DNA from: Cetorhinus maximus
Lineage: Eukaryota
Reading direction: 5' to 3'
DNA: 64,000 nt
Assembly: GCF_964194155.1 (NCBI RefSeq)
Contig: NC_135881.1
Location: forward strand, 52,018,001 to 52,082,000
Shown: positions 12,515-24,370 of the stretch, piece by piece
How positions within the stretch are numbered: position 1 is the stretch's first letter
Layout: every line of letters begins with the position of its first letter
Position numbers and translations under genes: made by a program
The notes under the pieces: model-generated
Database searches by the model: none
What the model saw: only the letters and a program-made list of their open reading frames with translations
What the model was told of the DNA's origin: nothing

Positions 12515-13250
12515 AGAGAGAATCTAACCTTCACCCCTTGACTTTCAACGGCATTACCATCACTGAATCCCCCACTATCAACAACATGGGGGTGACCATT
12601 GATTAGAAATTTAACGGGGCTAGCCATATAAATACTGTGGCTACAAGGGTAGGTCAGATGCTAAGAATCCTGCGGCAAGTAACTCATCTCCTGATTCCTC
12701 AAAGCCTGCCTACCATCTACACGGCACAAGACAGGAGTGTGATGGAATGCTGTCCACTTGCCTGGATGAGTGCAGCTCCAACAACACTCAAGAAGCTTGA
12801 CACCAACCAGCACAAAGCAGCCCGCTTGTTTGGCACCACATCCACAAACATTCACTCCCTCACCACTGACGCATAGTGGCAGCAGTGTGTACCATCTACA
12901 AGATGCACTGCAGGAACTCACCAAGGCTTCTTAAGCAGCACCTTCCAAATACACGACTGTGACTATCTAGAAAGAAAAGGGCAGAAGATACATGGGAACG
13001 CCACCACCTACAAGTTCCCCTCCAAGCCACTCACTATCCTGACTTGGAAATATATTGCTGTTCCTTTACAGTCGCTGGGTCAAAATCCTGGTACTCCCTC
13101 CCTAACAGCACAGCAGGTACACCTACACTACAATGGACTGCAGCGGTTCAAGAAGGAAGCTCACCACCACCTTCTCAAGGGCAATTAGGGATGGACAATA
13201 AATGCTGGCCTAACTAGCGACGCCCACATTCCATGAGTTAATAAGAAAAA
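12515..13250 (+). mobile_element. L2/Crack-like (CR1-group) LINE 3' fragment
   Basis: RT C-terminal remnant (IYTAQDRSVMECCPLAW...KKLDTNQHKAARLFG); 3' end CACCACCTTCTCAAGGGCAATTAGGGATGG..AATAAATGCTGGCC also seen at 14148-14290, 21945-22605, 31025-31335 and 34790-34930. Confidence 0.8.
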
Positions 13251-14369
13251 TGGACTGAGTGGTATATGCATGGGCAAAATATTCAAACAAAATTGAAGCT
13301 ACAAACATTAATAAATATGGAGGGTCACAATATTGTAGCAATAACATAACTTTCTACTCTTGCATCGAACCTATGTTAAAGATTAGCACCCCGGACTGGA
13401 TAAACATCAAGTTCAGTGAAATGAAAAGGCCTCTAGCCGAATTAACTAGGCAAAATAGTTAGCAAACAGGTCAATAGAACAGCAGTGGGAAAACTTCAAA
13501 TATGCGATAGATAAAATTCATGGCTGGTGAAAGAAGTTGAATTGTGGAGGATAAAGGTATTATAGCAATATTAAATATTTTGCATCTTTTTTTTACACAC
13601 AATGGTGGAGGTTAGAAATAGGTAAACAAAGGAGGATGTGGAACAATTGATAGAGCTAACTGCAGAAATGAAATTAATTTATGAAAAAAGCAGCATAGCT
13701 CAAGCTGGGCCCTGATGATATATACTCTAGGTTGATGAAAGGTATCAGGGAGGAGATAGCAGAGGAAGTGGCTACAATTGCTTGATTCATCCTAAATATG
13801 CAAATTGTGTAGTTCAGCTGGAGAGTAATCAGTGCATTATTTGATCAAGGGAAAAAAATGATAAACCAGGTTATTAAAGAGCAGTTAGGCTCTAACATCA
13901 GTTGTGAGCAAATGCTTATGCAGTAAGCCATCAGTAATGAACAAATGGTGCTTGCCATTCATTACACTTACAGCTGCCCACAGACTTTGTGGGCTTTTGT
14001 GTGCCAACTTAGAGCAATTAGAGATCTGTTGCAGCATGGGGTTCTGGACCCTGTATGAACAGGGCTAGCAACAGCATGTCTCCTCAACCAATCAGATTGA
14101 AGAATCTTCACTGACCCATGCTGAGTAAACCAGGAAGAATATTCATAACAGCACTGCAGGTGTACCTACACCACATGGACTGCAGCAGTTCAAGAAGGCA
14201 GCTCACCACCACCTTCTCAAGGGCAACTAGGGATGGGCAATAAATGCTGGCACAGCCAGCGAAGCCCACATCCTGTGAATGAATATTAAAAAAATACTCA
14301 GATAAGAGGGAAAGAAAAATGGGTTTAAGTGAGATAAAGAAAAGAGACAAAAAGAAAAACTTTTTTAAA

Positions 14370-15395
14370 AAGCCTATGGAGTAAAAGGGACAGTAGCAGC
14401 ATGCCTAAGGAATTGGCTGACAGTAAACAAAGAATAATGGTGAACAATTGTTTTCAACTGGAGGAAAGTATATAGTAGGGTTCTTCAGGGGTCAGTGTTA
14501 AGGCCTCTGCTTTTCTTAATACATTAATGGCCTAAACTTTGGTATTCAGCGCACAATTTCAAAATTAGCAGATGACACAAAACTTGGAAGTATGGTGAAC
14601 TTTGAGGAGGAAAGTGATAAACTGCAAAATGACATAGATAGGTTGGTGGAATGGACGGACAAGTGGCAGATGCAATTTAATGAAAAAAAGAGTGAAGTGA
14701 TTCATTTTGGTAGGAAGGACAAGGAGAGGCAATATATGGTTAAGAGTACAATTCTAAAAGGGGTGCAGGAACATATATGTGCACAAATCATTGAAGGTGG
14801 CAGGGCAAGTTGACAAATTGGTTAATAAAGCATACAGAATCCGGGCTTTATTAATCAGGGCATGGATTAGAAGTTATGATAAACCTATATTAAACACTGA
14901 TTCAATTATTAAACACTGTTCTGGGCTTTAGGAAGGGTGTGAACGCATCAGGTAAAGTACAGGAAAGATTCACACAAATGATTCCAGGGATGAAGAGCTT
15001 CAGTGAATTGTAAACACTGGGCTATTCTCCTTGGAGAAGGGCAAATTAAGAGAAAATTTGAAGAGGTGTTCAAAATCATGAGGGGTCCATACAGAGTAGA
15101 TAGGGGGAAATTGTTTGCATTTGTGGAAGGATCAAGAACCAGAAGACACTGATTTAAGGTAATTAGCAAAAGAAACAAGGGGAATGTTAGGGCAATGTAA
15201 AATGTTTTTACATTTTTACATAAGTGGTTAGGATCTGAAATGCACTGCCTGAAAGTGTGGTAGAGGAAGATTCAATTGTAACTTTCAAAAGGGAAAAAAT
15301 TTGTAGAGTTACATGGAAATGTAGGGACTAGGTGAGTTTCACAGTCCGAATGACCTCCTTCTGTGCTCCAACCATTCTCAGATTCTACGATTCAG
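14370..15395 (+). mobile_element. Degenerate CR1-type LINE 3' fragment
   Basis: ADDTKLG and KWQMQFN motifs; CR1 3' tail near 15375-15395. Confidence 0.85.
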
Positions 15396-15734
15396 TTTTA
15401 AAAATCTCCAATAATAACTAAAAGCTGATGGAATGATACTCAATACTTGTAAAAGTAGATTTTCAGTGCTAGAGACATTGATTAGCAGTAATTAAAGTTA
15501 CCGCACCATTAGAAATTCACTTATACTTAAAAGTACAAGCCCACTTATTTCTAGCGTTTAATGCATAAGTATTTTCAACAGCTTCACGGTCCTTATGTGC
15601 TTCAATGCCAAATCTCTCAACAAGTTAACAGTGCAGCAAAGCTTGAGAGCAGCAAAGCAAATTGAACTTCCTGATTCCTGTGTTTAACTGCACCTGTGAA
15701 GTTCCCACTGCTTCACCATTATTTTTGGGCCTTT

Positions 15735-15859
15735 GGCTGGGATTTTCCGGCCCCACCATGGCGGAACCTGCCACAGGGGATGCAATGGGCCAGCCAAAAG
15801 TCCTTTGACTTTCAGCGGGACAGGAAGATCCCGACGGGCAGGTCTGGAAAATCTCAGCC
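15735..15859. mobile_element. 125-bp MITE
   Basis: TIR GGCTGGGATTTTCC / GGAAAATCTCAGCC (13 of 14 match); interior similar to 6502-6590. Confidence 0.75.
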
Positions 15860-16739
15860 TTAGAATCCGTACTTTGAGATTAAACTAGAAAATATTTGTT
15901 AAAGGCAAGTTGTGTTTAATAAAATTGCTAGAATTTGAACTAATAACAGTTTGATTTTATAGGAATTAGGCCGGTTGGCCAAGTTAAGGAAATACAATAA
16001 ATGTAATGCACATAGATTTTCAGAACTCACTGATGAGGTATCTCAAAAGAGACTCATTAGGAAAATACAGGCATAAGGCTTAAGAGAAAATATAGCAGTA
16101 ATGATAGATGGTTGGTTGAGGAACAGAAAACAAAGAATTAAAGTAAAAGAAGAATGGATGGAAATGCTGTATCCCAGAGGTATGTTCTGAATCCACTTTT
16201 AGTCTCAGCATATGTAAAGATATATATTTAAACTTGGGTACAGAGTGCACTCTCTCAAATTTGGTCCCACTGATAAAAGAATGTTCTTTGAAAAGCTTTA
16301 AGAAGGCATACACCAGTTTTCAGAGTGGTCAAATACAACTTGAAACAGAGGAGTGTGAAGTAACATTGTTTGAGAAAAAACAGGAATAGGATTATGCATT
16401 TATTGGAAAGACTTTGAAAGGTGTGCATGAACAGACCAAGCGACTGAAACATATAATTTGCTGGAAGTAGTGTTTTTTATGTATCTGATTTCCATTTGTT
16501 TTATTATAATGTTTCAATTATTTCAGACAACCACTAATTATGAATTCTCTCTTATTACCAAACTCCCTTTCATTGAGTTAGTGTATCTAGGATACCAGAC
16601 ACTTGATACAATATGGTGTTGTGATATAATGGGGAAAAAAAGACAACAATCAGTGAGAGGGGCGAAATGGCAAACTACATCCTATTTTTAGAAAACTAGG
16701 AATTGATTGGAAGCAGGCATCTTTTTAGATTGAGATAAC

Positions 16740-17990
16740 CTCTACGTTTGTTGACCTGACCAAGGCCTTTGTCACAGTCAGCTGTGAGGGCTTATGGGAG
16801 GTAATGGAGAAATTTGGCTGCCCTGAGAATTCGTCATAATGGTTCAACAGTTCCATGGTGGCATGCTTGGGTATATCCTGGATGATAATGAGTCCTCTGA
16901 CCCATTCCCAGTCATTAATGGAGTTAACCAGGGCTGCATGCTAGCGCCAATCCTCTTCAGTATGTTTTTCTCTGCAATGCTCTCAGATGCCTTCCATGAA
17001 GGTGATTCTGGCATCGAAATCAGATATCGCATGGACCTGAAGCTGCTCAATATCAGACCACTCCAGACAAATACCAGGGTCTCCAAGGTCATAATTCATG
17101 ATTTCATTTGCCAATGTACATTAGCTGCCAGTTGAAAGCTGGACATGCAACATAGCACAGATTTGTTCTCCAATGCACGTGACAACTTCAGCCTTACAAT
17201 TAGCATGAAGAAAGCCTGCTCCAGGAAAGCCCTAACTTGAGCCTATCTTGTCCATGACGAAAACCTGTCAGTAGTGGATAAGTTCACTTGTCTTGGCGGC
17301 ACATTCTCTCAAGCTGTCTATATCAATGGTGCAAAAATTCCCAAAGCAAGTGTAGACTTCAGCAGACTTCAAACATCAATCAGGGAATGAAGAAGAGCAA
17401 GCCTGCCTACAAAACTGAAAGTTTATGAAGCAATAGTCCTGCCCACTCTGTTTTACATGTGAAACTTGAACTGGATACCAGAGTCATGCCAAGACTCAAT
17501 CACTTTCACTTGAGCTGCCTTGAAAGCTCATGATGATCAGATGGCAGGACAAAATGCCAGACACTGAGGTGCTTACTCAAGCTGGCATGTCAAGTATCCA
17601 CACCATACTGAGACAGTCACAGCTGAGTTGGCCATAGAGCCAGAATGCCTGACACTTACTTACCAAAGTGAGTCTTCTATAGAGAGCTTTGAGTCTGGGG
17701 TGCGCTCTCATGGTGATCAAAGGAAGCGCTGCAAGCATACTCTGAAGGCTTCACTTAAGAATTTTGATATCGACTCCAAGTCCTGGGAGAAGCTTGCCGA
17801 GGATCACTGCACCTGGCACAACCAAAGAAAAGAACAGTGTGCCTCCTTTGAAAGCAAGTGCATATCAGAGGCAGAAAAAAAATTCCAAGGAGAGGAAATC
17901 CCAAGCCAGCAGTTCATTCAAAACTCAATTGGCTGCGGTATCCTGTCCTATTTTCACCAGAACCTTCTAGGTGCAGATCAGCTTTAGCAG
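16740..17990 (+). mobile_element. RTE-clade LINE fragment
   Basis: FVDLTKAF, NGVNQGCMLAPILFSMFFSAML..AF....GIEIRYR and RSHGDQRKRCKHTLKASLKNF..WEKLAED motifs typical of RTE ORFs. Confidence 0.85.
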
Positions 17991-19641
17991 TCACCTACAT
18001 ATCCACTGGAACCCTACCAAATACTCCTGATGATGAACATGGTCATTTTTGCCTTGAAAGACAAACAACATATACATTTACAAGCTCAGTCATTTGGTCA
18101 TTATCTACCTCAACCAGTTCATCTAACTCTACGTGACATTTAAATTTTACAATAGTACATTATTCCTGCTGAAGTTACACAAGAAGTAGATGCGCATTCA
18201 CAAGTGATGATTCTTAGATATAATCAGACAGTGCTTTTTGTGATACTGACCACTCTTCTCTTCATTTCCCATCCCAAATCTAGATAAATGCTTTCAATCT
18301 TGACAAAATGAAGGATCATGTCAAGTTCACAAGAAATAAAGATTAAAAATGATACCAAATTAGGAGGAATGCAAACAACAGAAAACAACTTATCAAGCAT
18401 AGATGGACATAGATAGGGGTGGGATGCTGAGCTAAAGAGAGGTTACCATTTAATTATGAACAAAAACAAGCAGATTAGGAAAACATCATAAAGAATGACA
18501 ATTTAAACCAAATTCTATTAATCAACAGAGCAAAACACAATACAGGAACAGAATTTAAGGGTAATGGAGCAATCAAGCCATCAGTACTAATTGAAGCAAA
18601 CAGGATCTTGGATTGTGTAGCCAAAGCAATAGAGTACAAAACTCAGGAAGTGATTCTAAAATTGCACAAATCACTGATCCAGTCCAACCGGGAAGTATTG
18701 TGTATAGGTCTAATCACTATTGTAAGACATCTAGGCATTGAAACCAAGGCTCAATGATCTTTCACATAGTCCCAGATCATACAAGAGGCCATGGTCTCAG
18801 AATTAGAAGGCAGAGGACAAAAAACTATTTAGATTTAACTAATGTATGCAATGAACTTACAAAGTTGGTAATGGGGTGGAGGGGGATGGGAGGCTGGTGT
18901 TTGTACCATCAACTTCAAGAGAGAGTTCAGGAGCTGTCTACAGAAAAGATTGACAGAGAACAATGACAGATATGGAATCTGATAGTGCAGAGACACAGGG
19001 ACTGGCCAGGAAGATCACAATTTAGCCCTTTTTAGTCATGTGCATTTCTGTATATTCCATATAAGCCCTCTCCGATACTCATAAAATCTACTTCTTAGAC
19101 TTTAGTCACTTGTCAGAATATTACCATCTTTGACATGCTGTCAATTTTTGTCTAATTACATTCCTGTGAAGTATCTTGGAATGTTTTACTATGTTAAAGG
19201 CATTGTATAAGCACTAAAGGCACTATCAAATTATGTGATTCCATCCAAGTCCAGTTCATCAAGCTAGATAATTAATAACTGGGAAATGTATATAGATATT
19301 GACCCCTGGATTTCAGTAAAGCACACTTGACTAGGTACAGCTTTGTAGTTTTTTCATTACTTTTCCCAAATACTTTCTCAGCACAGAAATTCATAACTAT
19401 TGTACAAATTTGAACCAAAACGTTGCAAAACAAAACATGCTTAGCTATGTAATACTTTCTTATATTAATGCTACAGCTTGTATGGCATCAAATGGTAAAC
19501 AAACATGCTGCTGAAATTGATGGTTAATTTCTTAAAACTGTACATTATGAATATTTCTGCAAAAATCAGCAGCAAACATTTTTTTCACAATGCAAAACAT
19601 CTGTACTTACCACTGAATGCCAGAGAACAATCTTGGCTTAC

Positions 19642-19737
19642 CTGCATTCTGTAGAGTTTCAATATTTTGTGGTCTTGTTGCAAGTTCTGCAATTGTTTGT
19701 ACAAATTGTGCTCTAGCCTTCTGGTACTGCTCAAAAA
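19642..19737 (-). CDS. SPAG6: SPAG6 coding exon 2 (VFEQYQKARAQFVQTIAELATRPQNIETLQNA); the rest of the gene appears to lie outside the window
   Basis: Near-identical to the SPAG6/PF16 N-terminus; acceptor cccacag|TT, donor G|gtaagc, 96 nt; expected synteny next to BMI1. Confidence 0.96.
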
Positions 19738-19840
19738 CTGTGGGGAGAGGTGATGGTTTGGAAATAAAAGTAAACAAATTTGTGAAACACATGAACTCTG
19801 ATTCAACAACAGAGTCCTAAAAAAAGCACACAATATTAAC

Positions 19841-19954
19841 TGTGGTTCAATAGTAGCACTCTTGCCTTTGAGTCTTAAGGTTGTGGGTTCAAGTCTAACT
19901 CCAGAGACCTGAACACAAACTCTAAGCTGATACTCCTGTACAGTACTGAAGTAC
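19841..19954 (+). mobile_element. tRNA-derived SINE head (continues at 21846-21944 and ~22610-22832)
   Basis: A box TGGTTCAATAGT and B box GGTTCAAGTC. Confidence 0.7.
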
Positions 19955-21845
19955 AATACAGGGGAGGTGAAAAAGCATACTAGAGAAGTGAAGAGGGATT
20001 ATGAGAAAAGACTGGCAGCCAACATAAAGGGGAATCCCAAAGTCTTCTATAGGTATATAAATAGTAAAAGGGTGGTAGGGCCAATTAGGGACCTAAAAGG
20101 GAATTTACACATGGACGAAGGGGCCATGGCTGAGGTAGTAAATGAATACTTTGCATCTGTCTTTACCAAGGAGGCAGATGCTACCCAGGCCATGGTGATA
20201 GACAAGGAAACTCTGTCACCAGAAGGGTTCAAAATTGATAAGGAGGAAGTGTTGGATAGGCTGTCGTTACCTAAAGTTGACAAGGGACCAGAACCAGATG
20301 AGATGCATCCAAGGATATTGAAGGATGTGAGAGTAGAAATTGCAGAGGCACTGCCATAATCTTTCAGTCTTCCCTAGACTCAGGAGTGATATAGAGGGCT
20401 GGAGAATTGCAAACATTACGCCCTTGTTCAAAAAAGGTTGTAAGGACAAGCCCAGCAATTACAGGCCAATCTGTTTAACTTCAGTGGTGGGCAAGATTCT
20501 AGAAACAAATATTTGGGATAGAATTAGTAGTCACATGGAAAAATATGGGTTGATAAGGAAAAGCCAGCATGGATTTCTAAAGAGGAAATTGTGTTTAACT
20601 AGCTTGCTGGAGTTTTTTGAAGAGGGAACAGAAAAGGTTGATGAGGGTAATGTTGTTGATGTGGTGTACATGGACTTTGAAAAGGCATTTGACACAGTGC
20701 CACACAACTGATTTGTGAGAAAGGTTATTGCTCATGGAATGAAAGGGACAGTAGCAATGTGGATTCAAAATTGGCTGAAAAATAGAAAGCACAGAGCAAT
20801 GGTCATTGGATGTTTTTCGGGCTGAAGGAAGGTTCAGAGTGGAGTTCCCCAGGGGTCAGTATTGGGACCCTTGCTTTTCCTGATATATATTACTGATCTA
20901 GAACTTGGTGTGCAAGGGACAATTTCAAAGTTTGCAGATGATACAAAGCTTGAGAGTGTTGTGAACTGTGAGGAGGATGGAGTGGAACTTCAAGAGGACA
21001 TAGACAAGTTGGCGGAGTGGGCAGATAGGTGGCAGATGAAGTTCAATGTGGAGAAGTGTGAGGTGATGCATTTTGGTAGAAAGAACATGGACAGACATGT
21101 TAAAATAAGGGGTGAAATTTTGAAGGGGTTGCAGGAGCAGAAAGACCTGCATGTATATGTGCATAGATCATTGAAGGTGGTAGGACTGGTAGAGAGAGCA
21201 ATTAATAAAGCATATAGTATCCTGGGCTTTATTAATAGGGGCATAGAGTACAAGAGCAGGGAGGTTATGCTGAATTTATATAAGACCCTTGTTAGACCTC
21301 AGCTGGACTATTGTGTACAGTTCTGGGCACCATATTATAGGAAGGATTTGAACACACTGGAGAGAGTGGTTCCAGGGATGAGAATCTTCAGCTATGAGAA
21401 TAGATTGGAGAAGTTGGGACTGTTTTCCTTGGAGAGGAGAAGGTTGAGAGGAGACTTGATAAAAGTTTTCAAATCATGAGGGGGGTGGACAGAGGAATGG
21501 AGGGAGAACAGATGGACAGAGGGAGAAACTGCTCCCGCTCATAAAAGGATCAAGAACTAGGGGGCATAGATTTAAAGTGATTTGCAAAAGAAGCAAATGT
21601 GATGTGAGAAAAAACTTTTTCACACAAGTGATTCGGGTCTGGAATTCATTGCCTGGAAATGTGGTGGAGGCAGGTTCAATCAAGGCATTCAAGAGGGCAT
21701 TAGATTTTTATTTGAATAGAAACAAGGTGCAGGGTACGGGGAAAAGACAGGGCAATGGCACTAGGTCACAATGCTCATTGGAGAGCCAGCGCAGACACGA
21801 TGGGCCGAATGGCCTCCTTCTGTGCCATTAAGATTCTGTGATGCT
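19955..21845 (+). mobile_element. CR1-type LINE, ~1.9-kb 5'-truncated copy with frameshifted RT
   Basis: ORFs 19967-20359, 20340-20711 and 20862-21479 with NYRPICLTS, YMDFEKAFDTVPH, GPLLFLIY and KFADDTK. Confidence 0.95.
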
Positions 21846-21944
21846 GAGAGAGTGCTGCACTGGTGAAGGTGCTGTCTTTCATATGAGCTGTTAAAACTGA
21901 AGTCCTGCCTTCCCACTCAGGGGGCTATAAAAGATTCCATCACA

Positions 21945-22605
21945 CTTTTTATTTTATTCATTTATGGGATGTGGGTGTTTCTGGCTAGGCCAGAATTTAT
22001 TGCTCATCCCTAATTGCCCTTGAGAAGGTGGTGGTGAGCTGCCTTCTTAAACCACTGCAGTCCCTGTGATGTAGGTACACCCACAGTGCTGTTAGGGAGG
22101 GAGATCCAGGATTTTGACCCAGCGACAGTGAAGGAATGGCAATATATTTCCAAGTCAGGATGGTGAGTGGCTTGGAGAGGAACTTCCAGGTGGTGGTGTT
22201 CCCATGTATCTGCTGCCCTTGTCCTTTTAGATGGTAGCAGTCGTGGGTTTGGAAGGTGCTGCCTAAGGAGCCTTGGTAAATTCCTGCTATGCATCTTGTA
22301 GATGGTACACACTGCTGCCACTTTTCACCAGTGGTGCAGGGAGTGAACGTTTGTGGAAGGGGCACTGATCAGGCGGCTGCATTGTCCTGGATGGTATAAA
22401 GCTTCTTGAGTGTTGTTGGACCTGCACTCAACCAGCCAAGCAGACAGTAGTCCAACACACTCCTGACTTGTGCCTTGTAGATAGTGGACAGGATTCGATG
22501 AGTCAGGAGGTGAGTTACTTGCGGCAGGATTCCTAGCCTCTGACCTGCTCTTGTAACCATGGCTCGTCCAGTTCAGTTTCTGTTCAATGGTAACCCCCAG
22601 GAGGT
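21945..22605 (-). mobile_element. L2/Crack-like LINE 3' fragment
   Basis: Reverse complement of the 12515-13250 family (ORFs 22369-22560 and 22010-22321). Confidence 0.85.
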
Positions 22606-22983
22606 TGAACTGCTTAAAGAACTGGGAAATTCCTCAGCTAATATTTACTCCTCAAACAATATCACAAAAACAGGTGTATCTGCTCATTTTCACTTTGGTC
22701 TCTGCGAGATATTGCTGTCCAGTTTCCTACATTACAACAATAGTTACAATTATATATAAAATTATTTGACTATAAAGCGCTTTGGGACGTTTTACGGTGA
22801 TGAAAGGTGCTATATAAGTGCAAGCCTTTTTTTAAAATAATCGCTGCTTAATTGTAACTTCAAATTAAATAAGTAACTTTACATCCTTCCCTTAGCAATA
22901 AAGGACAATAGCTTCCACCTTATTCATTTCTAAAAGTAGTCTTCAAAACAAGTCAATAATGCTTATAATATTTAAAATATTAC

Positions 22984-23008
22984 CTTGTAAAGCTAATCTT
23001 TGAGTCAT
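22984..23008 (-). CDS. SPAG6: Sperm-associated antigen 6, coding exon 1 (MTQRLALQ)
   Basis: Kozak gcaccATGa, donor CAAG|gtaata, 25 nt phase 1; joins exon 2 in frame; similar to MSQRQVLQ. Confidence 0.85.
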
Positions 23009-23086
23009 GGTGCCCGTACTCTATGTAGATATATAGTGGATGAGGTATATTCTATATACACACACGCGTCTGCTGCGCTCTATCCA

Positions 23087-23161
23087 GTGTCCAAGACAAC
23101 CAGTGAATTGTGCTGTGCCGCGGTTACCACGGCGACGAACCGGAAGGGGATATTCACCAAT
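23087..23161. promoter_or_regulatory. SPAG6: SPAG6 promoter: two RFX X-box-like sites (23087-23100, 23123-23136) and CCAAT (23157-23161)
   Basis: GTGTCCAAGACAAC and GTTACCACGGCGAC fit the 14-bp X-box palindrome, 80-130 nt upstream of the ATG of a motile-cilia gene. Confidence 0.7.
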
Positions 23162-23899
23162 CCTTGGTAGAGGTCGCCACTTTGTGATTGTGAGCTGAAG
23201 CGCGTGAGCGAACCCAGTTCCAGAGTCTGGGCTCCTCTTTCATTATTATTGTTATTACTTTGTTCGCAAGTGTTCAGAGTGTGAGTTTGTGACTTGAAGC
23301 TCTCAAGCAATTTTTTTCCCCCACTCTGTTTTGTTTTGTTACTGACCTTGATTGACAAGCACTCCGTGTAGCAGCAGCAGCAACCAAGCCTGAGCTTTGT
23401 TACAGTTTTGTGCTCTCGGCCTGTGTTACCGAATCTACCGTACAATGCCACATTTTCAGACGAAGAACTAATTGGCTGTGCAATTTTCTACAGTACAATA
23501 TTACGTTTTCAACTGAACATGTACTAGGCATGTAGATTATTGTACAATCTGTTAAACATAATCTCTTGGGACGAAAAGCATTTATATTAAGAACACAAAA
23601 TAAAACACGAATTAAGTGTGGTAATATATTCATGTCTTGAAAGGTTAAAGCGGAAATAGTTGAAGTGGCAGCAAAAGCAAACGGGAGCATTTTTACGATC
23701 GTTCTAAAGATAAACGCCTTTGCTTAACACAAAGTGGTTTGCAACTGGTTTTTGACTTTTGATTGCACAACATGTCGAGAAATCGATATAATACAGCAAA
23801 TGATTCATGACTGGCGGCGCTATCCAGATACAATGTTTCGCAGTGTCCTTTTATATGTTTGTTCATGTAGGAGTGAACAAAGTGAAAACTAAGAAAAAT

Positions 23900-24370
23900 A
23901 AAATCACAGAATTGTTACAGAGTAGAAGGAGGCCATTCAGCCCATCCTGTCTTCACCGGCGCTCCAAATGAGCAATTCACTTAGTCCCATTTACTCCCTT
24001 CTCTCCTTATCCCTCCATTCATCCTTTTCAGATAAGAGTCTAATTCCCTTCTGAATGCTTGATTGAACCTACTTCCACCAAACTCTCAGGCAGTGCATTC
24101 CAGACCATAACCACTACCTGTGTGAAAAAGTTTTTCCTCATGTCACTTGTGCTTTTACCAATTACTATAAATCTCTGCTTCCTGGTTCTTGATCGTTTCA
24201 CCGGTGGGAACAGTTTCTCCCTATCTACTCTGTCCAGACCCCTCGTGATTTTGAATACCCCTGTTAAATATCCTCTGCGCCTTCTTTTCTCCAAGGAAAT
24301 CAGTCCTAACTTTTCCAATCTATGGTCATAATTGAAGTTCCTCATCCCTGGAACTATTCTGGTGAACGAT
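23900..24370 (-). mobile_element. CR1-type LINE 3' fragment
   Basis: ORF 24040-24345 (RLEKLGL...RKNFFTQVVVMVWNALPE). Confidence 0.88.

Noticed and set aside
1-19641. Search for SPAG6 exon 3 (GVMSLLR...ALALGRLANY)
   Set aside because: No matching segment found by eye on the minus strand; it is probably left of the window.
19841-19915. tRNA-like sequence
   Set aside because: It has A and B boxes but continues into a SINE body; I could not fold a full cloverleaf.
19955-21845. Possible intact or domesticated reverse transcriptase gene
   Set aside because: Frameshifts, stops and 5' truncation mark it as a dead CR1 copy.
23080-23451. 123-aa minus-strand ORF upstream of SPAG6
   Set aside because: No recognisable homology; it overlaps the promoter motifs and is likely a chance ORF.
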